DNA of 64,000 nucleotides, from assembly GCA_018711815.1 (NCBI GenBank), contig DVHU01000104.1, forward strand, positions 90 to 64,089, given 5' to 3'. Position numbers and translations under genes: made by a program. The stretch is from Candidatus Egerieimonas intestinavium. Its GTDB lineage: Bacteria; Bacillota; Clostridia; Lachnospirales; Lachnospiraceae. The notes below the pieces were generated by a model, which worked only from the letters and a program-made list of their open reading frames with translations, searched no databases and was not told the origin of the DNA. Shown one piece after another: positions 42,271 through 50,568 of this stretch; the stretch's first letter is position 1, and the number at the start of each line of letters is the position of its first letter.

Positions 42271-44058
42271 TTGAGGACAGAGGGGCAGGAGATATGGAAC
42301 AGACGGGAACTGAAACGCAGGGCCCGGGGAAATATGAAGCGCCAGTACTGGCGGCTGATGGTGGTGTGGTTTCTGGTGGCCTATGTCACCGGTATTTTTG
42401 GAGACGTGCTGGGGGCTTTCGGTTTTTACAATGAGAGCGCAGCCCTGGAGAATGTGGTGGAGACCAATATGGGCGAGCTGCAGCAGGATAATTCCGAAAT
42501 TTTCCAGGAATTTCTGGAAGAGACCGGGATGAATAAGGCCCAAGACTCTTCCGGGGAGAACGGTCAGTATCCCGGGGCGGAAAGCGAGCCTTCCCGGGAG
42601 GAAGACGGCCCCTCCCTGGAAGAAGGGGAGGCGCCCCAGGAGGAGGGCCCTGTGCTGGCCAAGGATATCCCTGCCAATTCCCGAGGCGTGCTGGCAGCAG
42701 TATTTAACAAGGTGACGGAATCCGGCGGCATCTTTTTTGCTGTCTTAAATGTGGTGAACACAGCCATGGGCGGAAGGACCTCCGCGGTGGTGATGATGTC
42801 CCTGGGCGTTGTGCTGGTCACCCTCTGGTGGTTTTTCGTCCAGCAGGTGGGACAGATCAGCGGCTACCGGTTCAGCGCGGAAGCAGTCACCTACCAGGAG
42901 ACGCCCATGAACCGACTGCTGTTTCCCATCAAGGTGCGCAGAATCTGGCGGATTGCCAAGACTATGCTGTACTGGTGGTTTTTCCAGCTGCTGTGGAATC
43001 TGACCATCGTCGGGGGAGTAATCAAGCATTATTCCTACTATATGGTGCCCTTTTTGATCGCGGAGAATCCCAACATTACCGGGAAGCAGGCCCTGACCCT
43101 CTCCAAAGCCATGATGCAGGGGGAAAAGTGGAAGGCGTTTCTGCTGGATTGCTCCTTTCTCCCCTGGCACATCTTAAACACCTTTACCCTGGGGCTGAGC
43201 AATATCTTCTGGTCTAACCCCTACCGGATGCAGACCAGGGCACAGCTCTATGTGCAGCTGAGGGGGGAGGCCATCCGCCGGGAGCTTCCCTTCTTTGAGG
43301 AGCTCTGCGACCGGTATCTGACAGAGAAGCCCACGGGCCTGGAGGGATATCCCCAGGATCTGGAGGAGTACCCGGTGGAGCTCTATTTCATCCCCGAGCA
43401 GGAGAGGCGTCAGTGGATCACCATCAACTGGCGCAGGGACTACAAGCTGAGATCCCTGATTCTGATGTTTTTCACCTGCTCGGTCATCGGCTGGCTCTGG
43501 GAGGTGAGCCTCCACCTGGCCAAAGAGGGATTTGTAAATCGGGGCGTTATGCACGGTCCCTGGCTGCCCATCTACGGCAGCGGCGGTGTGCTGATGCTGG
43601 TGCTGCTGAAAAAGGTGAGGGAGAAGCCATGGCTCACCTTCCTGCTGGCGGTGGTTGTCAGCGGCGTGGTGGAGTACGGTACCAGCTGGTATCTGGAGGT
43701 GACCAAGGGAACTAAGTGGTGGGATTATCACGGTTATTTCCTGAACCTGAACGGCAGGGTCTGCGCCGAGGGCCTGTTGGTCTTCGGCCTGGGAGGCTGC
43801 GCCATCATTTATCTGTTGGCGCCCCTTCTGGACGAATTATTCACAAAAATACCGGCCAAAACAGCCAGGCTGCTCTGTGCCGGATTGCTGGTGATCTTTG
43901 CGGCGGATATGATCTATTCTAATGGCCACCCCAACACCGGGAAGGGGGTCACCGATTATGCCGCCCGGGCGGAGCAGGAGGAGCCTGAGGCGGAACTGCC
44001 GGAGGGAGGAAGGGCGGCCTACTGCTCCCAGAGGGAGAGCAGCAGGTGGCGGGCGTAG
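42271..44058 (+). CDS. Fusion membrane protein: DUF975-like N-terminal domain + acidic insert + C-terminal CmpB-like (putative ABC-transporter type IV) domain
   Basis: WNRRELKRRARGNMKRQYWRLMVVWFLV is a typical DUF975 start. The C-terminal FTCSVIGWLWEVSLHL...GVMHGPWLPIYGSGGVLM parallels the 45250 product. The TTG start is inferred. Confidence 0.6.
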   Translation: MRTEGQEIWNRRELKRRARGNMKRQYWRLMVVWFLVAYVTGIFGDVLGAFGFYNESAALENVVETNMGELQQDNSEIFQEFLEETGMNKAQDSSGENGQYPGAESEPSREEDGPSLEEGEAPQEEGPVLAKDIPANSRGVLAAVFNKVTESGGIFFAVLNVVNTAMGGRTSAVVMMSLGVVLVTLWWFFVQQVGQISGYRFSAEAVTYQETPMNRLLFPIKVRRIWRIAKTMLYWWFFQLLWNLTIVGGVIKHYSYYMVPFLIAENPNITGKQALTLSKAMMQGEKWKAFLLDCSFLPWHILNTFTLGLSNIFWSNPYRMQTRAQLYVQLRGEAIRRELPFFEELCDRYLTEKPTGLEGYPQDLEEYPVELYFIPEQERRQWITINWRRDYKLRSLILMFFTCSVIGWLWEVSLHLAKEGFVNRGVMHGPWLPIYGSGGVLMLVLLKKVREKPWLTFLLAVVVSGVVEYGTSWYLEVTKGTKWWDYHGYFLNLNGRVCAEGLLVFGLGGCAIIYLLAPLLDELFTKIPAKTARLLCAGLLVIFAADMIYSNGHPNTGKGVTDYAARAEQEEPEAELPEGGRAAYCSQRESSRWRA

Positions 44059-45101
44059 GCGGCGGGCATTTCGCTGCCCGTTTCCCACTCCTGGGGCAGG
44101 TAGGCAAAGTAGGACAGGGCGTCCCCGTATTCCAGGCGGAAGCCGGGGGCGCGAAAGTCTGAAAACTGGGGCAGATAAAGCCCCTCTTTTTTTTGATAGC
44201 AGTCCCGGGCCTTGGCCTGGCGCCGGTACCGGCTGTCCACGTAGGCTCCCACGCTCTTGTGGATGGCAGTGTCCTCCAGGGGAAGGTAGTAGTAGTCCCG
44301 GTAATTTTCATAAAAGTATTTCAAAACCCCTTCATACAGGGGTACCCGGATGAGGCCCTCCTGTCCCCGGAAATGGCCCTCCGCCGGGGACAGGGACAAG
44401 TCCAGGGAAATCGGCAGGCTTCCCGGCAGCTTCAGATGGAGGGACAGCCATGGATCCTCCCGGGAGGGCAGGGAGAGGGAGTGAAGCTTCCCCTGGCCCT
44501 GACGCAGCCGCTCCAGGGTCAGCAGGGGGAGGATCCGGGCCATGCCGGAGACGTCCTCCCGATTGTGCAGAAGAAGGGTCTGATACAGTCCTAAATCGGC
44601 GGTTTGGAGAAACTCCCGGTACAGGGCGATGAGTTCCCCGCCGGAGAAGGGATCCTCCCGGTGGAATCCGCAGAGCTCCTCGCAGTCCCGCTGGCGGCAG
44701 TGACTCAGTCCCAGAAGATCCCGGAAGGGGCGGACTTTCTTGTAGAGATCAATCCCCTCCTGGCGGGGCCAGGGCTGCTTCATCTGGTAAAACTTGTATT
44801 TACTGCGAAGATAAGGGATGTCGAAGGTGTCCCCGTTAAAATGAACCAGGCAAGTCTCGGGGCGGCAGTGGCGGGAAAAGCTGCGCAGCAGCTCCTCCTC
44901 CTGGGAGGGCCTTTCGGCAAAGTACTGGAACAGCTGCCAGCCATCCTCCAGGCGCTGCAGCAGGCCCAGCAGATAGAGATGGGACCGGCGGTGATCTAAC
45001 CCCGTGGTTTCAATATCGAAAAATAGCGTGTGCTCCGGAAGCCCTGCAAGATCCAGGGAGCGCTGCAGCGGCTCCGGGAGTTTCATCTGTTCTGTAAGCA
45101 A
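44019..45101 (-). CDS. RNase H-like fold protein, YprB-type predicted 3'-5' exonuclease
   Basis: FFDIETTGLD (Exo I-like), VHFNGDTFDIPYL, and HNREDV motifs, plus a ~170-aa C-terminal domain of unknown function. Confidence 0.65.
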   Translation of the reverse strand: MLTEQMKLPEPLQRSLDLAGLPEHTLFFDIETTGLDHRRSHLYLLGLLQRLEDGWQLFQYFAERPSQEEELLRSFSRHCRPETCLVHFNGDTFDIPYLRSKYKFYQMKQPWPRQEGIDLYKKVRPFRDLLGLSHCRQRDCEELCGFHREDPFSGGELIALYREFLQTADLGLYQTLLLHNREDVSGMARILPLLTLERLRQGQGKLHSLSLPSREDPWLSLHLKLPGSLPISLDLSLSPAEGHFRGQEGLIRVPLYEGVLKYFYENYRDYYYLPLEDTAIHKSVGAYVDSRYRRQAKARDCYQKKEGLYLPQFSDFRAPGFRLEYGDALSYFAYLPQEWETGSEMPAAYARHLLLSLWEQ

Positions 45102-45249
45102 AATAAGTCCTCCTTTTGTATTCGATTATATACCAGCCGGGGAAAAATAGATAGTGATTTTTCCCGGGGGATGGGGTATGATGGGAGGAGAAAACCCTCT
45201 AGGGAGCGAGGGCAGGAAAGAGCGCAAAATTTTTGAAGGGAAGAGACGC

Positions 45250-46161
45250 ATGCTGCAGATTTCGATTTTAGGGATAAACTTGTATCATATTTTGGCCTGG
45301 TTTTTTGTGTACAGCTTTCTGGGCTGGGTCTGGGAGAGCTGCTACGTTTCGGTGAAAGAGCGCAAGTGGGTGAACCGGGGATTTGTGGCCGGGCCGGTGG
45401 TGACCCTCTACGGGGTAGGGGCAGTGACGGTCTACGTCATCCTCCGTCCCCTGTCCGGCCATGTTCTGGCCCTCTATCTGGGGGGAGTGGTGCTGGCCAC
45501 AGCCCTGGAGTATGTGACGGGGAAGCTGATGGAAGCCATCTTTCACACCAGCTGGTGGGATTACAGTCATAAACGGTTTAACTTCCAGGGAGTCATCTGC
45601 CTGGGCAGCTCCCTGGCCTGGGGCTTTTTTACCCTGGGACTTTTCTACGGGCTGCACCCGGTGGTAAGCCGCCTGGTGGATCTGGTGCCGGTGAACGTCG
45701 GCGCTCCCCTGATCTGGCTGAGCCTCCTGCTGTACCTGCTGGATTTTTCCGTGTCCATGGTTCAGGCGGCCCGACTCTCCGGAAAGCTTCGCTCCCTGGA
45801 CAAGGCCTGGGAGGATTTCCTGGACTATGTGCAGGGAAGCCGGCTGGCGGAGAGCGCTGCGGACTTTAGGGAATGGCTGGGCGCCTACCGGAGAGAGACC
45901 TCCAGGAAGAAGGCCATCCGTTATCTGGCAGAATATAAGGACAAGGTAAAAGGCTATATATCCCGCTTCGGGGACGCCAATCAGGATTTGCAGAGCGCAT
46001 TCTGGGAGAAATATGACAGCTTTATGAAGGTTGCCCAGGAGAAAAAGAGCAGCCTTTCCAGAACCCACAAGCGTCTGCTGCGGGCCTATCCTAACCTGAG
46101 TATACGGGTGAGACGCAAGGATAAAAAACAAAAAACACAGGAGACAGAGGAGACGAAATGA
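45250..46161 (+). CDS. CmpB-like polytopic membrane protein (putative ABC-transporter type IV family)
   Basis: ILAWFFVYSFLGWVWESCYVSV...GFVAGPVVTLYGVGAV, then a charged C-terminal tail. ATG 45250 is preferred over the upstream in-frame start. Confidence 0.6.
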   Translation: MLQISILGINLYHILAWFFVYSFLGWVWESCYVSVKERKWVNRGFVAGPVVTLYGVGAVTVYVILRPLSGHVLALYLGGVVLATALEYVTGKLMEAIFHTSWWDYSHKRFNFQGVICLGSSLAWGFFTLGLFYGLHPVVSRLVDLVPVNVGAPLIWLSLLLYLLDFSVSMVQAARLSGKLRSLDKAWEDFLDYVQGSRLAESAADFREWLGAYRRETSRKKAIRYLAEYKDKVKGYISRFGDANQDLQSAFWEKYDSFMKVAQEKKSSLSRTHKRLLRAYPNLSIRVRRKDKKQKTQETEETK

Positions 46162-46769
46162 TCGGGTACATCAAGGGAATTGTGGCGGATCTGGAGGAAA
46201 ACCAGATTTTGCTGGAGAATAACGGAATTGGCTATGAGATTCTGATGCCGGCCTCGGCCCTGGAGAGGAGCCTGCGGGAGGGCATGGAGTGCAGAATCTA
46301 TACCTATCTGCAGGTGAAGGAGGACGGGCTGCAGCTCTTTGGATTTCTGACTAAGGATGATCTGCAGGTGTTCCGGCAGCTGCTGACCGTCAGCGGCATC
46401 GGCCCCAAGGCAGCCCTGGGAATCCTCTCGGGCCTAAGCGCCGACGAGCTGCGCTTCGCGGTGCTGGCGGACGACGCGGCCACCATCGCCCGGAAATCTC
46501 CCGGGGTGGGGAAGAAAACGGCTCAGAAGCTGATCCTGGAGCTGAAGGATAAGTTTGATCTGCAGGAGGCCTTTGAGAAAAAGCTGGAGCATCAGGCGGC
46601 TCCCGCCGCCCAGGAGGCCGGAAGCGATGTGCGCAGCGAGGCGGTGCAGGCTCTGGTGGCTCTGGGCTATTCCAGCACGGAGGCCCTGCGGGCGGTGAAG
46701 CAGGCGGACGACGGCGCAGCCGCGGACGCGGAGGAGCTTTTGAAGGCATCATTAAAACGACTGATATAG
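46158..46769 (+). CDS. ruvA: Holliday junction branch migration complex subunit RuvA
   Basis: MIGYIKGIV...GIGYEI, HhH motifs (LLTVSGIGPKAALGIL; PGVGKKTAQKLILEL), C-terminal domain III. Confidence 0.95.
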   Translation: MIGYIKGIVADLEENQILLENNGIGYEILMPASALERSLREGMECRIYTYLQVKEDGLQLFGFLTKDDLQVFRQLLTVSGIGPKAALGILSGLSADELRFAVLADDAATIARKSPGVGKKTAQKLILELKDKFDLQEAFEKKLEHQAAPAAQEAGSDVRSEAVQALVALGYSSTEALRAVKQADDGAAADAEELLKASLKRLI

Positions 46770-46778
46770 AGGTAGACT

Positions 46779-47771
46779 ATGGAAAAGCGTATCATTACCA
46801 CGGAAGTGATGGAGGAGGACCAGCGCATCGAGGGGACTCTGCGCCCCCAGAGGCTGGAGGAATATATCGGACAAGAGAAAACCAAGGAAAATCTGAAGGT
46901 CTATATCGACGCGGCCAAACAGAGGGGGGACTCCCTGGACCACGTGCTTTTCTACGGCCCCCCGGGACTGGGCAAGACCACCCTGGCGGGGATTATCGCC
47001 AACGAGATGGGGGTACATATGAAGGTGACCTCCGGGCCGGCCATCGAGAAGCCCGGGGAAATGGCGGCTATCCTCAACAATCTGCAGGAGGGGGATGTGC
47101 TCTTTGTGGATGAGATTCACCGGTTGAACCGGCAGGTGGAGGAGGTACTCTACCCGGCCATGGAGGATTTCGCCATCGACATTATGATCGGCAAAGGCGC
47201 CTCCGCCCGGTCTATCCGGCTGGACCTGCCCCGCTTTACCCTGGTGGGGGCCACCACCAGGGCGGGACTGTTGACTGCCCCCCTGAGGGACCGCTTCGGT
47301 GTGATCCACCACCTGGAATTTTACACCCAGGAGGAGCTGCAGACCATCATTCGCCATTCGGCCAAGATACTGGGAGTGGAGATTGACACTAAGGGAGCGG
47401 CGGAGCTGGCCAGAAGGGCCCGGGGAACCCCCCGGCTGGCCAACCGGCTTCTTAAGCGGGTGCGGGATTTTGCCCAGGTAAAATACGACGGCAGGATCAC
47501 CCAGGAGGTGGCGGCCTTCGCCCTGGATCTGCTGGAGGTGGATCAGTATGGGCTGGATCAGGTGGACAGGAGAATCCTGCTGACGCTGATCCAGAAATTT
47601 CAGGGGGGCCCGGTGGGACTGGACACCCTGGCGGCGGCCATCGGGGAGGATTCCGGCACCATAGAGGATGTGTACGAGCCCTACCTGCTGCAGCACGGAT
47701 TTTTGAGCCGTACCCCCAGGGGAAGGGTGGCCACGGAGCGGGCCTACGGCCATCTGGGCCTCACCCCGTAA
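46779..47771 (+). CDS. ruvB: Holliday junction branch migration ATPase RuvB
   Basis: [67 protein letters not shown]. Confidence 0.97.
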   Translation: MEKRIITTEVMEEDQRIEGTLRPQRLEEYIGQEKTKENLKVYIDAAKQRGDSLDHVLFYGPPGLGKTTLAGIIANEMGVHMKVTSGPAIEKPGEMAAILNNLQEGDVLFVDEIHRLNRQVEEVLYPAMEDFAIDIMIGKGASARSIRLDLPRFTLVGATTRAGLLTAPLRDRFGVIHHLEFYTQEELQTIIRHSAKILGVEIDTKGAAELARRARGTPRLANRLLKRVRDFAQVKYDGRITQEVAAFALDLLEVDQYGLDQVDRRILLTLIQKFQGGPVGLDTLAAAIGEDSGTIEDVYEPYLLQHGFLSRTPRGRVATERAYGHLGLTP

Positions 47772-47849
47772 AAAAAGGTTGTTTTTCCCGGGGATTCAGG
47801 TATAATATAAAGATAAGTTATGATTTTACATTTGGAGGAAATGCCGGCT

Positions 47850-48260
47850 ATGTCAGCAAAAAATACAACACAGGTCATTATTGGCGGAAAGATTATTACC
47901 CTGTGCGGCTACGAGAGCGAAGAGTACCTTCAGCGGGTGGCGGCATATTTAAATAACAAGATCAGCGAGCTGTCAGAGCTGCCCGGCTACAACCGGCAGC
48001 AGGTGGAGATGAAGCAGACGCTTCTGAGCCTGAATATCGCAGACGACTATTTCAAGGCCAAGAAGCAGGCGGAGATCTTTGAGGAGGACTCCCAGCTGAA
48101 GGATAAGGAAATGTACGATCTGAAGCATGATCTGATCTCTCTGCAGATTCAGAACGAGGCTCTGAAGAAGGAGATCGAGCAGGCCCAGGCGGAGCGGAAG
48201 ACTCTGGAGGAGGAGAACGCCAGACTGGCAGGAGAAGTGGACGAGCTATTAAAAGGATGA
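47850..48260 (+). CDS. zapA: Cell division protein ZapA
   Basis: TQVIIGGKIITLCGYESEEYLQRVAAYLNNKISEL is ZapA-like, with a C-terminal coiled coil. The start could be ATG 47841 or 47850; GGAGG lies at 47834-47838. Confidence 0.78.
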   Translation: MSAKNTTQVIIGGKIITLCGYESEEYLQRVAAYLNNKISELSELPGYNRQQVEMKQTLLSLNIADDYFKAKKQAEIFEEDSQLKDKEMYDLKHDLISLQIQNEALKKEIEQAQAERKTLEEENARLAGEVDELLKG

Positions 48261-48263
48261 GGG

Positions 48264-48299
48264 AAAACGGGAGATTGCGCAGGTAATCCCCCGTTTTTT
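48264..48299 (+). terminator. Rho-independent terminator after zapA
   Basis: AAAACGGGAGATT-gcgcaggt-AATCCCCCGTTTTTT. Confidence 0.85.
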
Positions 48300-48313
48300 A
48301 GAAAGGAAAAGAA

Positions 48314-50560
48314 ATGATTGAATTATTGGCACCGGCGGGAAATTATGAGACCATCCTGGCCGCCTACCAGGCGGGGGCGGATGCGGTCTACGTGGGTGGC
48401 GGCCGGTTTGGCGCCAGGGCCTACGCCCAAAATCTCAGCCAGGAGGAGCTGCTGTCGGCCATAGATGAGGCCCATCTGCGGGGAAAGAAGCTGTACCTGA
48501 CGGTGAATACGCTGATCAAAAGGGAGGAGCTCTATGGAGAGCTCTACGAGTACCTGCTGCCCCTGTATCGCCGGGGGCTGGATGCGGTGATTGTCCAGGA
48601 TCTGGGGGTAATGGCCTGGCTGCGGCGGCAGTTTCCGGGGCTGGCCCTCCACGTGAGCACCCAGGCGGCAGTCACCGGTCCTAAGGGGGCCCGCCTTTTG
48701 GAGGAGCTGGGGGCCTGCCGGGTAGTTCCCGCCCGGGAGCTGTCCCTGGAGGAAATCCGGGACATCCGCCGGGAGACGGAGCTGGAAATTGAGACCTTTA
48801 TCCACGGGGCCCTCTGCTACTGCTATTCGGGCCTCTGCCTGTTTTCCAGTATGCTGGGAGGCAGAAGCGGCAATCGGGGGCGCTGCGCCCAGCCCTGCCG
48901 CCTGCCCTATCAGCTGCTTCAGGGGGGACGCAAGCTCTCCCGCCCGGGACAGGATTACCTGTTAAGTCCCAAGGATATCTGTACGGTGGATTTGCTGCCT
49001 CAGATTTTGGAGGCGGGAGTCACCTCCCTGAAGATTGAGGGGCGGATGAAGCGGGCGGAGTACACGGCGGGGGTGGTGCGGATCTACCGAAAGTACCTGG
49101 ATCTCTGCCTGGAGGGGAAGCCCAGGAAAATTTCCCGGGAGGATATGGCCCAGCTGATGCTCCTCTTTAATCGGGACGGATTTTCCCAGGGATATTATCA
49201 GACCCGCAACGGCCGGGAGATGATGGCCTTAACCAACGCCAAGGAAAAGGAGCGGGAGGAGTCGGCCACGGCAAAAAAGCGGGAGGCCCTCTACGGGGAG
49301 ATTCAGGAGAGCTTTCGGGAGAAAAAAGCTCAAGAAAAAATTAAGGGAAGCTTAAAGCTTTCTGTGGGCGAGCCTGCTATATTAGAACTGGAAAAGGGAG
49401 AAACCCGGATCCGCGTCCAGGGAGACCTGGTTCAGGAGGCGAAGAATCAGCCCCTGTCCCGGGAGCGGATTGGGCAGCAGATGGAGAAGACAGGGAACAC
49501 ACCCTTTGTCTTTGAAAAATTAGAAATCACTCTGGAGGGGCCGGTGTTTCTGCCCATGCAGGGGTTGAACCAGCTGCGAAGAAACGGTCTGGAGAACCTG
49601 GAGGAAGAGCTGCTGAAACCCTGGCGCCGGGAGGAGCCCGGAAGACAGCAGGAGATCGCAGAAGCCTCCAGGACGGAGAGGGCTTCCGGAGAGCGCCAGC
49701 TTCCTGAGGCTGGCAAAAATTGGCTTGCGGCTTCCCCAAAGAGTTGTTTCTGCGCCTCGGCGGAGACTGGGGAGCAGCTGGAGGTTCTGCTGGCGGAGCC
49801 GGAGATTTCGGCCATTTACGCCGACTGCAGCTGCTTTGGGGAGGATAGATTCCCGGAGGAGGCGGCACACTATCTGCAGAGGGCGAAGAAGGCCCGGAAG
49901 GAATTTTTCCTGGCTCTGCCCCAGGTGATTCGCCGGGGTGATCTGGAGAGGCTGCAGCCGACGGTGGAGGCCTTGAGGGATAAGGGAATCAGCGGATTTC
50001 TGGTCAGGAATTTAGAAAGCCTGGCTTTCCTTCGGGAGCTGGGGCTGGCGGAGAGCACGGAGCTGGACGCCGCCGTCTATACCTTCAACCCGGAGAGCCA
50101 GAGGCTGGCGGAAGAGCTGGGGGTTCGGGGGGACACCGTTCCTGTGGAGCTGAACCTTCGGGAGCTGCGGCAGCGGGACAACCGCGGCAGCCAGATGGTG
50201 GTGTACGGCCATCAGCCGCTGATGATTTCCGCCCAGTGCCTGGGGAAAACCACCAGGGGCTGTGACAAAAAATCGGGAATTTATCAATTAAAGGACCGTT
50301 ATGGCAAAGAATTTTGTGTAAAATGCCACTGCAGGTTCTGCTATAATGTAATCTATAACAGCGTGCCCACGGATCTGTCCGGGGAGCTGGAGGAGATCAG
50401 AGGGCTGAAAGCCCGGGCCCTGCGTCTGGCCTTCACCCTGGAGAGCGGGGAGAAAACCCGGCAGGTGCTGGACAGATTTCTGGGAAAAGAAAACGGGAAG
50501 GGAAAAAGACAACAGGAAGCCGCCTACACGAAGGGACACTTCCGTAGGGGCGTAGAGTAG
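48314..50560 (+). CDS. Peptidase U32-family protein (long form, with C-terminal extension)
   Basis: ELLAPAGN, LYLTVNTL, the Cys-rich U32 signature EIETFIHGALCYCYSGLCLFS...GRSGNRGRCAQPCR, and a second half-domain with SAQC...CRFCYN. Confidence 0.85.
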   Translation: MIELLAPAGNYETILAAYQAGADAVYVGGGRFGARAYAQNLSQEELLSAIDEAHLRGKKLYLTVNTLIKREELYGELYEYLLPLYRRGLDAVIVQDLGVMAWLRRQFPGLALHVSTQAAVTGPKGARLLEELGACRVVPARELSLEEIRDIRRETELEIETFIHGALCYCYSGLCLFSSMLGGRSGNRGRCAQPCRLPYQLLQGGRKLSRPGQDYLLSPKDICTVDLLPQILEAGVTSLKIEGRMKRAEYTAGVVRIYRKYLDLCLEGKPRKISREDMAQLMLLFNRDGFSQGYYQTRNGREMMALTNAKEKEREESATAKKREALYGEIQESFREKKAQEKIKGSLKLSVGEPAILELEKGETRIRVQGDLVQEAKNQPLSRERIGQQMEKTGNTPFVFEKLEITLEGPVFLPMQGLNQLRRNGLENLEEELLKPWRREEPGRQQEIAEASRTERASGERQLPEAGKNWLAASPKSCFCASAETGEQLEVLLAEPEISAIYADCSCFGEDRFPEEAAHYLQRAKKARKEFFLALPQVIRRGDLERLQPTVEALRDKGISGFLVRNLESLAFLRELGLAESTELDAAVYTFNPESQRLAEELGVRGDTVPVELNLRELRQRDNRGSQMVVYGHQPLMISAQCLGKTTRGCDKKSGIYQLKDRYGKEFCVKCHCRFCYNVIYNSVPTDLSGELEEIRGLKARALRLAFTLESGEKTRQVLDRFLGKENGKGKRQQEAAYTKGHFRRGVE

Positions 50561-50568
50561 GTGATAAG

